From an uncultured bacterium (lineage in GTDB: Bacteria > Fidelibacterota > UBA2242 > JAFGTP01), in the NCBI GenBank assembly GCA_964498725.1, contig CAZCHS010000003.1, forward strand, positions 17,360 through 81,359: a stretch of 64,000 nucleotides of DNA, written 5' to 3'. The notes under the pieces were generated by a model. That model saw nothing but the letters and a program-made list of their open reading frames with translations. It did not search any database and was not told the origin of the DNA. Positions 54,976-64,000 of the stretch are shown here, one piece after another. The translations under genes and the position numbers were made by a program. Every line of letters begins with the position of its first letter. Within the stretch, counting starts at the first letter, position 1.

Positions 54976-55958
54976 ATTCACTGCTGACAGAGGAACAACT
55001 GAAAAAGGCCGAACAAAAACCCCAACCGGACTGGATTGCGCCGACATTAGCAAAACTTACTCACGACCATTTTTCCGATCCCGGCTGGATCTATGAACGC
55101 AAACTGGATGGTGTTCGCTGTCTGATTTTTGCGAAAGATGGTAAGGTGCGCTTACTGTCACGCAATCAAAAGGAGCAAAACGAGATTTATCCGGAATTGG
55201 TGACTGCCCTTGAGAAGCAATCACGAAATTTTATTGTTGATGGTGAAATCGTTACTTTTGACAGAAATCTGACCTCTTTTTCCACCTTGCAGAATCGTGT
55301 CAATACCCATAATCCGTCACAGGAACTGATCGATCGGTATCCGCTCTATTTCTATCTCTTTGATTTGATGCATATTGAAGGCTATGATATTCGAAATTTG
55401 CCGCAGCGGGAGCGGAAGAGCATCCTAAAAAAAGCCCTGGTTTTCAAAGACCCGGTACGCTACTGTTCTCATATCAATGAAAAGGGATTGGATTATTTCA
55501 GACAGGCCTGTCAGAAGGGCTGGGAAGGAGTCATTGCCAAGAATGCCACACAGCCCTACAAAAGCGGCCGTAACCGGAACTGGCTGAAATTCAAATGTGT
55601 TAATCAGCAGGAATTTGTCATTGGTGGTTATACGGAGCCTCAGGGAGAACGTATTGGTTTTGGTGCGCTGCTGGTTGGGTATTATGATGATGATAAATTG
55701 ATATATGCCGGAAAAGTCGGCACCGGCTATTCCGATCAGCAATTAAAAGAGCTGTACGAAAAATTATCTAATATCGAACAATCCCAAAATCCTTTTAATG
55801 AATCGATTGAAGATGAGCAGCCACTTCATTGGGTTACACCAAAACTGGTGGGAGAATTCGGTTTCAATGAGTGGACTGATGCCGGAAAATTACGTCACCC
55901 TACATTCAAAGGGTTACGACACGATAAGGAACCGGAGGAGGTGACCAGAGAATCATGA
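54972..55958 (+). CDS. Stand-alone ATP-dependent DNA ligase (LigD ligase domain)
   Basis: 328 aa. Motif I is ERKLDGVR (adenylation Lys). Also present are DGEIV, WEGVIAK and NWLKFK, plus an OB-fold tail. It has ATGA overlaps on both sides. Confidence 0.9.
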   Translation: MNSLLTEEQLKKAEQKPQPDWIAPTLAKLTHDHFSDPGWIYERKLDGVRCLIFAKDGKVRLLSRNQKEQNEIYPELVTALEKQSRNFIVDGEIVTFDRNLTSFSTLQNRVNTHNPSQELIDRYPLYFYLFDLMHIEGYDIRNLPQRERKSILKKALVFKDPVRYCSHINEKGLDYFRQACQKGWEGVIAKNATQPYKSGRNRNWLKFKCVNQQEFVIGGYTEPQGERIGFGALLVGYYDDDKLIYAGKVGTGYSDQQLKELYEKLSNIEQSQNPFNESIEDEQPLHWVTPKLVGEFGFNEWTDAGKLRHPTFKGLRHDKEPEEVTRES

Positions 55959-56824
55959 AAATTAATGGACAAAAAGTTTCTATCAGCAATGAGGATAAAC
56001 AATTTTTCCCTTCCGGAATCACGAAAGGTGATCTAATTGATTTTTATCTGGATATCAGTGACTATCTGCTGCCTCATCTGAAGGACCGGCCTGTAATGAT
56101 CCGGCGTTTTCCCAATGGCATCAAAGAGCAGGGATTTTACCAAAAAGAGGTCAGTGATTATTTTCCCCATTGGATGCCGAGCCATAAAGTGGCTAAAAAG
56201 CACGGGCATATTGATCATATCATGGTTAATGACAAAGCCAGCCTTGTCTACCTGGTCAATCAGGGAGCGGTTGCTTTCCATACATGGCTCAGTAAAATTG
56301 ATCATCTCCACAAACCCGATAAACTGATCATCGACCTCGATCCGCCGGGCAATGATTTTGAACCGGTTCGAAAAGCCGCTTTTTATATTAAGGAGTTTTT
56401 TGCGTCGAATGATATCAAAATATATCCCATGACCACCGGCTCCAAAGGACTGCACCTGGTGCTGCCGCTGAAGCCTGTTCATGAATTTGATAAAGTACGG
56501 GATATTGGTAAAAAGGTTGGGGAAAAACTGGTAGAAAATTATCCTGATACCTTCACTCTGGAGCAGCGTAAGCAGAACCGCGACGGGAAGATTTATTTTG
56601 ATATTCAGCGTAATGCCTATGGCCAGACCGGAGTGGCGCCCTATTCACTGCGCCCGATTGAACAGGCGCCAATAGCGACACCTTTGAATTGGGAGGAACT
56701 GAAAAATTCAGATCTTACTGCCAGTATCTATACTATAAAAAATATTAAACGGCGACTGGGGCAGAAAGAGGGAATCTGGGAAGGGATAGAGGAAAGCCGG
56801 ATAAAAATTATAGAATTATCATAA
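55955..56824 (+). CDS. Stand-alone LigD polymerase/primase (AEP) domain protein
   Basis: 289 aa, with RFPNGI..GFYQKE, LIIDLDP and TGSKGLHLV motifs of the LigD-Pol/PolDom family. Confidence 0.88.
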   Translation: MKINGQKVSISNEDKQFFPSGITKGDLIDFYLDISDYLLPHLKDRPVMIRRFPNGIKEQGFYQKEVSDYFPHWMPSHKVAKKHGHIDHIMVNDKASLVYLVNQGAVAFHTWLSKIDHLHKPDKLIIDLDPPGNDFEPVRKAAFYIKEFFASNDIKIYPMTTGSKGLHLVLPLKPVHEFDKVRDIGKKVGEKLVENYPDTFTLEQRKQNRDGKIYFDIQRNAYGQTGVAPYSLRPIEQAPIATPLNWEELKNSDLTASIYTIKNIKRRLGQKEGIWEGIEESRIKIIELS

Positions 56825-56970
56825 CTACTCAAGTAAATTTATTTGTCTCGTAGATGACAATTCTCCCGATTTTCCATCGGGATCATATAATATCAATTAT
56901 CTAAGAAACCGGATAATAGGAATTATCCTCTACAGGAGTAAGATAACTGAGTAGTTACAAATTATCTTAG

Positions 56971-57966
56971 TCATTCCTCCACCTTCACCTTCTCTACTTC
57001 CTTCACACTAATATGATTCTTCAGAAAAAAGACCAGCCCGATCAGTGTCATGGAAATATACCCAACACCGTGCATGATCACGGCCAGCACCTGGGCCTGG
57101 GCCATAGCAATTCCGAGAAAGACCAGAATATTAATGGCTACGGCGTGATAGGTACCGACATAGCCGGGGGCCGCCGGTACTGCAAAAGCCGCTGATGTGG
57201 CAATAAAGATCAGGACCACATCGGAAATTGAAAAATTGATATTCAGGCACATCCCCAACAGCCAAAAATTGGCAATGGTAATGCTCCAGATGATAAAGGA
57301 CTGAAATGCGACCAGGACAATATGGGGCGTTTTGAAGAGGGTTTTCAGACCTTCAACGAGATTGATGATAGTTTGAAAAAATTTATTGTCACCAAATTTA
57401 TCCACCAGTTTTTGCCAGTTACGATTTATAAAATTTTTCTGGGTATTCAGAAACAGGACCGCCAGGGCAAAGACACCAAGTCCGATGAGCGCGGCCACAC
57501 CGGCTTTATGCACCCAGCCCGGAAAGTCCGGAAAGATGATCACGCCGAGGCCAATGAAAAAAGCAAAGACCAGTGTGTCCATCAACCGTTCATTGACAAT
57601 AGTACCGAAGACTGAAACCGCCGAAATATCTTCATTTTTTCCCAAGGTGTAAGCGCGCAGGACTTCGCCCATTTTCAGGGGAAAAACATTGTTCCCGAAA
57701 TATCCGATCATTTCCACTTTAAATAACTCCCATATTTTGACTTTCTTAATAGGCCAGACCAGGTATTTCCAGCGCCAGGCCCGCAAGTAAACAGTGAAGT
57801 TGACCACGATAATGGCCGCGAAAAAATACCAGAGATTAATGGACATGAAAGCCTCAGCGAATTCCTTAAAATCGAAATTGCGGAATCCCAGCCAGAGGCC
57901 GAGGATGGAGATCAGGATAGAAAAGATGGTTTTATAATTGAAAAAGCGATTGTTTTTTAGGCTCAT
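56971..57966 (-). CDS. UPF0104 / lysylphosphatidylglycerol-synthase-TM-like (flippase-like) membrane protein
   Basis: A polytopic protein with LRAWRWKYL and GNNVFPLKMGEVLR motifs. I prefer the start at ATG 57966 (RBS AAGGAA). The track start at 57996 lies inside the arm of a repeat palindrome. Confidence 0.7.
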   Translation of the reverse strand: MSLKNNRFFNYKTIFSILISILGLWLGFRNFDFKEFAEAFMSINLWYFFAAIIVVNFTVYLRAWRWKYLVWPIKKVKIWELFKVEMIGYFGNNVFPLKMGEVLRAYTLGKNEDISAVSVFGTIVNERLMDTLVFAFFIGLGVIIFPDFPGWVHKAGVAALIGLGVFALAVLFLNTQKNFINRNWQKLVDKFGDNKFFQTIINLVEGLKTLFKTPHIVLVAFQSFIIWSITIANFWLLGMCLNINFSISDVVLIFIATSAAFAVPAAPGYVGTYHAVAINILVFLGIAMAQAQVLAVIMHGVGYISMTLIGLVFFLKNHISVKEVEKVKVEE

Positions 57967-57991
57967 TGGTTTCCTTTTTTTTTCTGCTACT

Positions 57992-58120
57992 GTCATTGCG
58001 AGGAGCGGCTTCAGCCCGACAAAGCAATCTCGATGTCATTTTCTAAACACTTCAAAATGAAGAACTTGACTTTGAGATTGCCGCGTCGTCCGCTTGCGCC
58101 GGGACTCCTCGCAATGACAG
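57992..58120. repeat. ~130-nt composite palindrome (repeat family E)
   Basis: The arms are CTGTCATTGCGAGGAGCGGCTTCAGCCCGACAAAGCAATCTC and its inverted partner GAGATTGCCGCGTCGTCCGCTTGCGCCGGGACTCCTCGCAATGACAG. They flank an AT-rich core that contains CTTCAAAATGAAG. A related fragment, GATTGCTTCGTCGTCCCTTCGG, occurs at about 58934-58955. Confidence 0.75.
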
Positions 58121-58126
58121 TTATAC

Positions 58127-58159
58127 TTATCCGTGTTTTTCCTGCAAAAATCCGTGTAC
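58127..58159 (-). repeat. Interspersed repeat family D, copy 2
   Basis: See 53148-53180. Confidence 0.7.
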
Positions 58160-58172
58160 GTCAAATACTATC

Positions 58173-58805
58173 TTACGGCCGCAAATCAATAAAATCTTCT
58201 TCATGAATATTCTTCACCTCAAAAAGCACCTTTTCATCAATGCGGTGTTTGTAATAGTCCAGGAATTCAATCAGAATACTGGTGCCTTGAAAATCAATAT
58301 ATTCCACTGTGTGTATTTCTTTCTTAATCGGATCCACTGTCAGAATCATGGATTTAAAAAAACTGTTTTCATCAATGGACTTGAGGTCAATTTTTTTAAG
58401 ATTGGCATTACTGCCGGCCACAGAGTCGATGCTTTCAATTTCATATTCCGACATATTGCCGTTCAGTACATTATAGATCAGGCGCAGACTGGAACTGGGA
58501 TCGAATTCCTCCACAACGATCTGGTAATTGACCTTGTCAATGGACCAGAGCCAGGTACCGTCAAACAGAATTTGCGAACTGGGATAATTCACCCGGAAAA
58601 CATCACGATTGTGTAAATAGAACTGTCCGATCTCTTCCTGAGTAACATCGGAGTTTTGGTACTGCTGAGTGATCTTGTATTCCAATTGGAAGGGCATTTG
58701 CGCCAGGTAATTGGAGGAGATGGAATCCAGTAATGAAGCGTCGATTTCCTGCGCCATGGAAGCGGTTATCAGCATTAGTAATAGTATAAGTATTTTTTTT
58801 GTCAT
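58173..58805 (-). CDS. LolA-like outer-membrane lipoprotein carrier protein
   Basis: 210 aa with a signal peptide. The LolA-like pattern is FRVNYPSSQILFDGTWLWSIDKVNYQIVV (DG-x-x-LW-x-Y/I-D). It lies immediately downstream of ftsK, the same order as ftsK-lolA in E. coli. Confidence 0.6.
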   Translation of the reverse strand: MTKKILILLLMLITASMAQEIDASLLDSISSNYLAQMPFQLEYKITQQYQNSDVTQEEIGQFYLHNRDVFRVNYPSSQILFDGTWLWSIDKVNYQIVVEEFDPSSSLRLIYNVLNGNMSEYEIESIDSVAGSNANLKKIDLKSIDENSFFKSMILTVDPIKKEIHTVEYIDFQGTSILIEFLDYYKHRIDEKVLFEVKNIHEEDFIDLRP

Positions 58806-58970
58806 GTTTTTTCCTAATTCATTTCGATTTTATCCAGTAACGGTTTGATGTGTGGTTTTGTTCCGCTGCAGGCGCCCGGCGAAGTTTGAAAAACGAAGCA
58901 GGACAAAAAAACCTATCACTTCGAACCGTCAAGATTGCTTCGTCGTCCCTTCGGATACTCAACCTCAACC

Positions 58971-61145
58971 TCAACTAACCTCATTCACATCACCGTACAT
59001 CAGATCCAGGTAATCTTCATCCACCAGCACATCCCGGGCTTTGCTGCCGGTATGGGGGCCTACAATGCCGTCCCGTTCCAGTTGATCAATGATCCGGCCG
59101 GCGCGGGCATAACCAATGCGCAGGCGGCGCTGCAGCAGACTTACCGAACCCTGCTGATGATTGACGACTACACGGATTGCGTCATCATAAAGGGAATCTT
59201 TTTCATCGGGATCAAAGTCATCCCGGTCCACAATTTCTTCTTCCACGATCACTTTGGGTAAAGGCTCACAGTCGATCTTTGGCTGTTGTGTAATGTGATC
59301 AAGGATTTTATCCAATTCTTCCAGGGAAATATAAGCACTGTGCAGGCGCATGGGTTCCGGGTGCTGCGGTGTGGTCAGCAGCATATCGCCGCGTCCCAAT
59401 AGTTTTTCCGCGCCATTAAAATCCAGAATGGTGCGGGAATCAATTTTCGAAGTCACCTGAAAAGCCATTCGCGCCGGAAAATTGGCCTTGATCACGCCGG
59501 TGATCACATCAACCGAGGGCCGCTGGGTAGCCACGATCAGGTGAATGCCGATAGCGCGGGCTTTTTGCGCCAGGCGGGTGATGGGGTCTTCCACCTCTTT
59601 AGCCGAGGTCATCATCAGATCCGCTAACTCGTCAATCACCACCACAATGTAGGGTAGTTTTTCGTCCTGTATTTTTCCCTGCTCTATTTTTTCATTGTAT
59701 TCTTCAATATTTCGTACCGAGGCGCCGGCCAGCATATCATAACGCTGTTCCATTTCAATGACCACGGACTTGAGAATGATCACCGCGTCTTCCGGTTCCG
59801 TCACCACATAATCCTCGAGATTTTCACAGGTGATGAGATGGTATCCGATCAATTTTTTGTAAGCCGCTAATTCCAGTTTTTTCGGATCAATCAGTACGAA
59901 TTTAACTTCGTCGGGTTTGGCTTTGTAAAGGATGGAAGCGATCATCATGTTGACAGCCACGGATTTCCCTGAGCCGGTAGCGCCGGCCACCAGCAAGTGC
60001 GGCATTTTGCGCAGATCCGCGGTGTAAACTTCGCCGGTGCTGGTTTTTCCCAGTGCCAGGGTCACTACGGATTGGGATTTTTTGAACCGCGGTGATTCCA
60101 GGACCCCTTTGATGTAAATGGTTTCCATCTTGTCGTTGGGAATTTCGATCCCTACCACTGAAGTGCCGGGAATGGGCGCCACGATTCGTATGCGAATGGC
60201 TTCCAGTACACGGGCCAGGTCATCAGCCAGTCGTGAAATTCGGCCGACACGAATACCGGCTGCCGGTTCCACTTTAAAGGTTGTAATCAGGGGACCGGGC
60301 GCCACATCAACCACATTACCCTGAACTTTAAAAGTATCCAGTTCCCGCTCCAGAATTGATGATTTTTTGCTCAGTTCCGCTTTGGAAACAGTCGGTCCAT
60401 TGGTTTGCGATTCCGTCAGGAATTTTGTCGACGGTCTGGTGTAATTACCCTGATGCTTCTGCACTTTTTTGACCAGAGGATTTTTTTTCTTTTTAGATTT
60501 CTCCGGCTTAGTGATTTCCGGATCATCCTGTAATCGTTCAAAAGCCGGTTCCTGCAGTGGTTCCTCTTCCGGAATGTCATCAACAAATTCTTCGATGGAT
60601 TGATCAGGTTTATCGGCCGGTTTCTTTTTTAGCCCTTTGCCAATCAATTTGACATAACTAACCGAAAAGTAAAGCCGCACAATGATCAGCAGCAGACCGA
60701 TTATGATCAGAATTGTACCCGGCAGCCCGATAAAATCATACAGGGCTTTGGTCATCACGCCGGCGGCCAGTCCCGACCAGGTGAAGTCATGATTAAAGGG
60801 TTCCGGATCAACGACAGTGGGCAGAGAGACCAGGATAGAGAGCAGAAACCCGGTGAAAATGGTTGCCAACGTAATGGCGGTGAGGCGGCGCGGATCTTTC
60901 TTGAAAAAAATCCAGTAGCCCCAGACCATCATCAGAACAGGGATCAGGTAAGCGCTGATTCCCATAAATTGCTTGATCAGGAAATGTGAGATGTAAATTC
61001 CCAGTATTCCCATCCAGTTATCAATGGCAACATTATTGGAAATTGTCGGTTCTTCCGCCGGATTATAGGAAATCAGGCAAAGTAAGACCAACACTCCCGT
61101 GATTGCCGACATCAGTCCCAGTATTTCTCTCTGCTTTAATGACAT
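58971..61145 (-). CDS. ftsK: DNA translocase FtsK
   Basis: 724 aa with four N-terminal TM helices and a linker. Walker A is GATGSGKS and Walker B is VVVIDELADLM. The C-terminal gamma winged-helix is SVSLLQRRLRIGYARAGRIIDQLERDGIVG. Confidence 0.95.
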   Translation of the reverse strand: MSLKQREILGLMSAITGVLVLLCLISYNPAEEPTISNNVAIDNWMGILGIYISHFLIKQFMGISAYLIPVLMMVWGYWIFFKKDPRRLTAITLATIFTGFLLSILVSLPTVVDPEPFNHDFTWSGLAAGVMTKALYDFIGLPGTILIIIGLLLIIVRLYFSVSYVKLIGKGLKKKPADKPDQSIEEFVDDIPEEEPLQEPAFERLQDDPEITKPEKSKKKKNPLVKKVQKHQGNYTRPSTKFLTESQTNGPTVSKAELSKKSSILERELDTFKVQGNVVDVAPGPLITTFKVEPAAGIRVGRISRLADDLARVLEAIRIRIVAPIPGTSVVGIEIPNDKMETIYIKGVLESPRFKKSQSVVTLALGKTSTGEVYTADLRKMPHLLVAGATGSGKSVAVNMMIASILYKAKPDEVKFVLIDPKKLELAAYKKLIGYHLITCENLEDYVVTEPEDAVIILKSVVIEMEQRYDMLAGASVRNIEEYNEKIEQGKIQDEKLPYIVVVIDELADLMMTSAKEVEDPITRLAQKARAIGIHLIVATQRPSVDVITGVIKANFPARMAFQVTSKIDSRTILDFNGAEKLLGRGDMLLTTPQHPEPMRLHSAYISLEELDKILDHITQQPKIDCEPLPKVIVEEEIVDRDDFDPDEKDSLYDDAIRVVVNHQQGSVSLLQRRLRIGYARAGRIIDQLERDGIVGPHTGSKARDVLVDEDYLDLMYGDVNEVS

Positions 61146-61148
61146 TTT

Positions 61149-62234
61149 TTATACCAACGGTGGTTTAACGATTTCAGCTTTCAGTTGTTTTTTACGGCGC
61201 TGAATCAGGATTTTTGTGCCGGATTTGCGGTAAGGAAATTCCACATAACCAAGCCCGATACCAATTCCCAATGAAGGAGAATGAGTGCCGCTGGTGACAT
61301 GGCCGATTTCCTTGCCCTCTTCGGACAGGATTGTGTAATCGTGACGGGGTATGCCTTTGTCTATCATTTTGAAGGCAATGTGTTTCCGTTTCAGGCCTTC
61401 TGCTTTGACCTTCACAAGCACATCTTTACCGATAAAATCATCCTTGTCCAGTTTCACGACCCAGCCCAGACCTGCTTCCAGGGGATGGGTGGTTTTGTCA
61501 ATATCATTGCCGTAGAGTGGAAATTTCTTTTCCATGCGCAGGGTATCCCGGGCCCCCAGACCAACAGGCAATATATCAAATTCTTCGCCGGCTTTCATGA
61601 CCGCGTCCCATATTTCCGGTGCGTCTTCGGCATTCAGATAGAGTTCAAATCCCTTTTCTCCGGTATAACCTGTGTTGGAGATGTTCATTTCCTTGCCGGC
61701 CAGTTTATCTCTGGTAAAGGTAAAAGGCTTCATCTCATCCAGTTTTACATCGGTGAGTTTTTGTAAGGTTGCAATGGCCTCCGGCCCCTGTACTGCCAGC
61801 AGTCCGGTGGCGTCTGATTTGTCTTTCAGTTCCACGGCTTCAGGCAGGTGGTCTTTGGCCCAGTTGAAGTCCTTTTCCATATTAGCAGCATTCACCACCA
61901 TCATAAAATCATTGTCTTTATTTTTGTAAATGATCAGATCATCCACAATACCGCCGTCGGGATAAAGCATCATGGTGTAGTGCGCTTTGCCCGGCGTCAG
62001 TTTTGACACATCATTGACTGTAATCTTGTTTAAAAATTCTTCGGCTTTGTCACCTTTGACAGTGAATTCACCCATGTGCGATACATCGAACATGCCCACT
62101 TTTTCACGGACCCGCAGGTGTTCTTCTACGATTCCGGAATACTGGATCGGCATATAATAACCGGCAAAGGGCACCATTTTCGCGCCCAGTTTTTGATGGG
62201 TATCATATAAGGTTGTTTTCTTAACGTCAGCCAT
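61149..62234 (-). CDS. gcvT: Glycine-cleavage system aminomethyltransferase (T protein)
   Basis: Motifs are TTLYDTHQKLGAKMVPFAGYYMPIQY and FDVSHMGE. I prefer ATG 62234 (MADVKK), preceded by GGAGG with a 5-nt spacer. The track start at 62246 lies within that RBS. Confidence 0.93.
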   Translation of the reverse strand: MADVKKTTLYDTHQKLGAKMVPFAGYYMPIQYSGIVEEHLRVREKVGMFDVSHMGEFTVKGDKAEEFLNKITVNDVSKLTPGKAHYTMMLYPDGGIVDDLIIYKNKDNDFMMVVNAANMEKDFNWAKDHLPEAVELKDKSDATGLLAVQGPEAIATLQKLTDVKLDEMKPFTFTRDKLAGKEMNISNTGYTGEKGFELYLNAEDAPEIWDAVMKAGEEFDILPVGLGARDTLRMEKKFPLYGNDIDKTTHPLEAGLGWVVKLDKDDFIGKDVLVKVKAEGLKRKHIAFKMIDKGIPRHDYTILSEEGKEIGHVTSGTHSPSLGIGIGLGYVEFPYRKSGTKILIQRRKKQLKAEIVKPPLV

Positions 62235-62249
62235 GTCTCCCTCCATTGT

Positions 62250-62849
62250 TTAAATCATGTTTAAGGCTGTCTTAATTATTTGTTCCAGCGTGGCGGTGTC
62301 TCCCAGTTTTGCCACGGCTTTCAGTACTGATTGATCAGCAGCGCCTTTGTTGTATCCCAGGGATACGAGGGCGCGGACGGCTTCATCCACCACCTGGCTT
62401 TTAGCGCCGGCCAGGGCGGATTGCGGACTTTCATCGCCGGTTTTCAGTTTGGGTAATTTTTCACTCAGTTCCACGATAATCCGTTGCGCGGTCTTTTTCC
62501 CGATCCCCGGAATCAGGGTCAGGGCTTTGACATCCTGGCTGATGATGCGCTGTTTGAATTCATCAACCGAAGCGCCGGACAGGATCGAGATGCCCATCTT
62601 AGCGCCAATTCCCGAGACGTCGATCAGTAATTCAAACAGCTCACGCTCTTTTTTCGTGGAAAATCCATATAAACTCTGGTCATCTTCCCGGACTTTGAAA
62701 TGGGTTAGCAGTTTTACCCGCTCGCCCGGCTGGCCAATATTTTCATAAGTGGAAACAGGAATGTATATTCGGTAGCCAACGCCGTTGACATCTATAATGA
62801 CCGCGGTGGGTTCCTTGGCAATTAATTTTCCGCTGATATATTCGTACAT
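62250..62849 (-). CDS. ruvA: Holliday-junction helicase subunit RuvA
   Basis: 199 aa, with MYEYISGKL...VNGVGYRI and the HhH motifs GIGAKMG and GIGKKTAQRI. Confidence 0.93.
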   Translation of the reverse strand: MYEYISGKLIAKEPTAVIIDVNGVGYRIYIPVSTYENIGQPGERVKLLTHFKVREDDQSLYGFSTKKERELFELLIDVSGIGAKMGISILSGASVDEFKQRIISQDVKALTLIPGIGKKTAQRIIVELSEKLPKLKTGDESPQSALAGAKSQVVDEAVRALVSLGYNKGAADQSVLKAVAKLGDTATLEQIIKTALNMI

Positions 62850-62851
62850 GC

Positions 62852-63343
62852 TCAGAGTCCTGTCAGTTTAAAGTGGTTAAAATGACAAATTGCAGCCGCC
62901 AGTGCGTCGGAACTGTCAAAAGAAAGCATATTCGGCGTAATGCCTAAAAGGTTGGCCACCATGAACTTGACCTGTTCCTTGGAAGCATTGCCATTGCCGG
63001 TAACCGAGGATTTGATTTTTTTCGGCGGGTATTCACCGATTTCCAGGTTATTTCTCGCGCCGGCTAAAATCACCATTCCCCGGGCGTGTCCCAGTTTCAG
63101 GGCGATTTGGACATTCTGCGCGTAAATGCTTTGTTCCACTGCAATTGCATCAGGTTTATATTGTAAAATAACTTTTTCGACTTCATTATATATTTTCAGA
63201 AGCCGGTCGGGAAATTTCATTTTGACATCGGTGTCAATGGTGCCGGAATTCATATAGGTTAATTCTTTGCCCACGCGTTCCACGATGCCGCATCCGGTGT
63301 GTTTCAGTCCCGGATCAATTCCCAATATTCGGTATGCAGACAT
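62852..63343 (-). CDS. ruvC: Holliday-junction resolvase RuvC
   Basis: 163 aa, with ILGIDPGLKHTGCGIV (catalytic Asp), AVEQSIY and SSDALAAAICH. Confidence 0.93.
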   Translation of the reverse strand: MSAYRILGIDPGLKHTGCGIVERVGKELTYMNSGTIDTDVKMKFPDRLLKIYNEVEKVILQYKPDAIAVEQSIYAQNVQIALKLGHARGMVILAGARNNLEIGEYPPKKIKSSVTGNGNASKEQVKFMVANLLGITPNMLSFDSSDALAAAICHFNHFKLTGL

Positions 63344-64000
63344 CTAGTCGTCCAGCTGTTCAGCCAGTTCGTCGTCAATGTCAAAATTTGTAAATACCTT
63401 TTGTATATCGTCATTATCTTCCAGCATTTCGATCAGTGTGATGACCTTTTTCGCGGTGTCCAGGTCTTCGATTTTAACATCATTTTTGGGAATGTTGTCG
63501 ATTGTGGATTCCCTGACAGGTACGCCTTGTTTTTCCAGTTCGGCGCGGACGCTCATCAAATCCGCGGCTTCAGTGTAAACCGTATGGACTTCTTCATCGG
63601 AAACTACATCTTCGGCGCCGGCTTCAGTGGCAGCCATAAAGATGTCATCTTCCGATACCTGGTCGGCATTGACGATAATTTTTCCTTTTGTATCAAACAT
63701 CCAGGCAACAGAACCGTCGGTTCCCAGGTTGCCGCCATATTTATCCAGCAGGTGACGGACTTCAGAAACGGTTCTATTCTTGTTATCTGTAGTGACATTC
63801 ATCAGAATCGCGACACCGCCGGGGCCATATCCTTCATAGGTATATTCTTCATAATTTTCACCTTCAATCTCGCCGGTTCCTTTTTTTATCGCCCGCTCAA
63901 TATTTTTTTTCGGCATATTGGCGTCTTTGGCCGCCTGAACAGCTGTGCTGAGACGTGGGTTTGCATCTTCGTCACCACCGCCTGACCTGGCAGCGATCTG
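63344..64000 (-). CDS. YebC/PmpR-family transcriptional regulator, N-terminus outside the window
   Basis: The frame continues upstream of the track's internal Met: ...QIAARSGGGDEDANPRLSTAVQAAKDANMPKKNIERAIKKGTGE... This is the conserved YebC core, in the canonical yebC-ruvC-ruvA order. Confidence 0.9.
   Translation of the reverse strand, partial: QIAARSGGGDEDANPRLSTAVQAAKDANMPKKNIERAIKKGTGEIEGENYEEYTYEGYGPGGVAILMNVTTDNKNRTVSEVRHLLDKYGGNLGTDGSVAWMFDTKGKIIVNADQVSEDDIFMAATEAGAEDVVSDEEVHTVYTEAADLMSVRAELEKQGVPVRESTIDNIPKNDVKIEDLDTAKKVITLIEMLEDNDDIQKVFTNFDIDDELAEQLDD

Noticed and set aside
56825-56970. A structured spacer between the convergent LigD-Pol and UPF0104 genes. It contains long-range AACTACTCA...TGAGTAGTT arms and the hairpins TCCCGAT-TTTCC-ATCGGGA and GGATAAT-AGG-AATTATCC.
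   Set aside because: These are most simply convergent-gene terminator hairpins. There are no repeat-family matches elsewhere in the window and no sRNA hallmark that I can verify by eye.
63299-63985. A 228-aa plus-strand ORF overlapping the yebC-family gene.
   Set aside because: The minus-strand frame carries the unmistakable YebC sequence. The plus-strand translation is F/I/V-rich shadow.

Overview
This is a 64-kb chromosomal window from a diderm bacterium. Gene content fits the FCB superphylum (Bacteroidota, Ignavibacteriota, Calditrichota or Marinisomatota-like). The evidence is two T9SS C-terminal sorting domains, three PorV/FadL-like barrels, a CarboxypepD_reg/TonB-type receptor, BamD and an LptD-like protein. 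That placement is an inference, not a database result.

Most of the window is a housekeeping backbone:
- nusB (3' end), secA, tRNA-Leu(UAG), tig, clpP
- a peroxiredoxin
- an MFS transporter paired with a C69 dipeptidase
- an in-frame purN-purH fusion
- a complete mreB-mreC-mreD-mrdA-rodA rod-shape operon
- rpiB-glyA-nrdR plus a Trm112-like mini-ORF
- bamD-nadD, a threonine-aldolase-like gene, an LptD-like giant
- rsgA, PAP2, flavin reductase, HAD, lrp
- ftsK followed by a lolA-like gene
- gcvT, ruvA, ruvC and a yebC-family gene truncated at the window end

The less ordinary content:
1. Two outer-membrane loci each place a cargo protein of over 1000 aa with a T9SS C-terminal domain directly beside its own PorV-family barrel gene. 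One locus also has a TonB-type barrel. In the other, the cargo is an M6-like protein whose HExxH motif is replaced by FMFGF. It is followed by a 1012-aa protein that combines an intact HEFAH site, PD40 repeats and a C-terminal barrel-like region. A DUF5683-like protein and BamD come next.
2. LigD is split into three translationally coupled ORFs (PE, ligase, polymerase), with no Ku gene in the window.
3. Intergenic DNA carries at least six interspersed repeat families. One is a ~190-nt MITE-like element with 16-nt terminal inverted repeats and TTAA flanks; one copy abuts the stop codon of the LptD-like gene.
4. A promoter-proximal pair encodes a zinc-ribbon protein with a polyacidic tail and a DUF3467-like protein.

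I saw no CRISPR array, rRNA, transposase, integrase or prophage genes. All domain calls come from motifs read by eye in the supplied translations and need HMM or structure confirmation.
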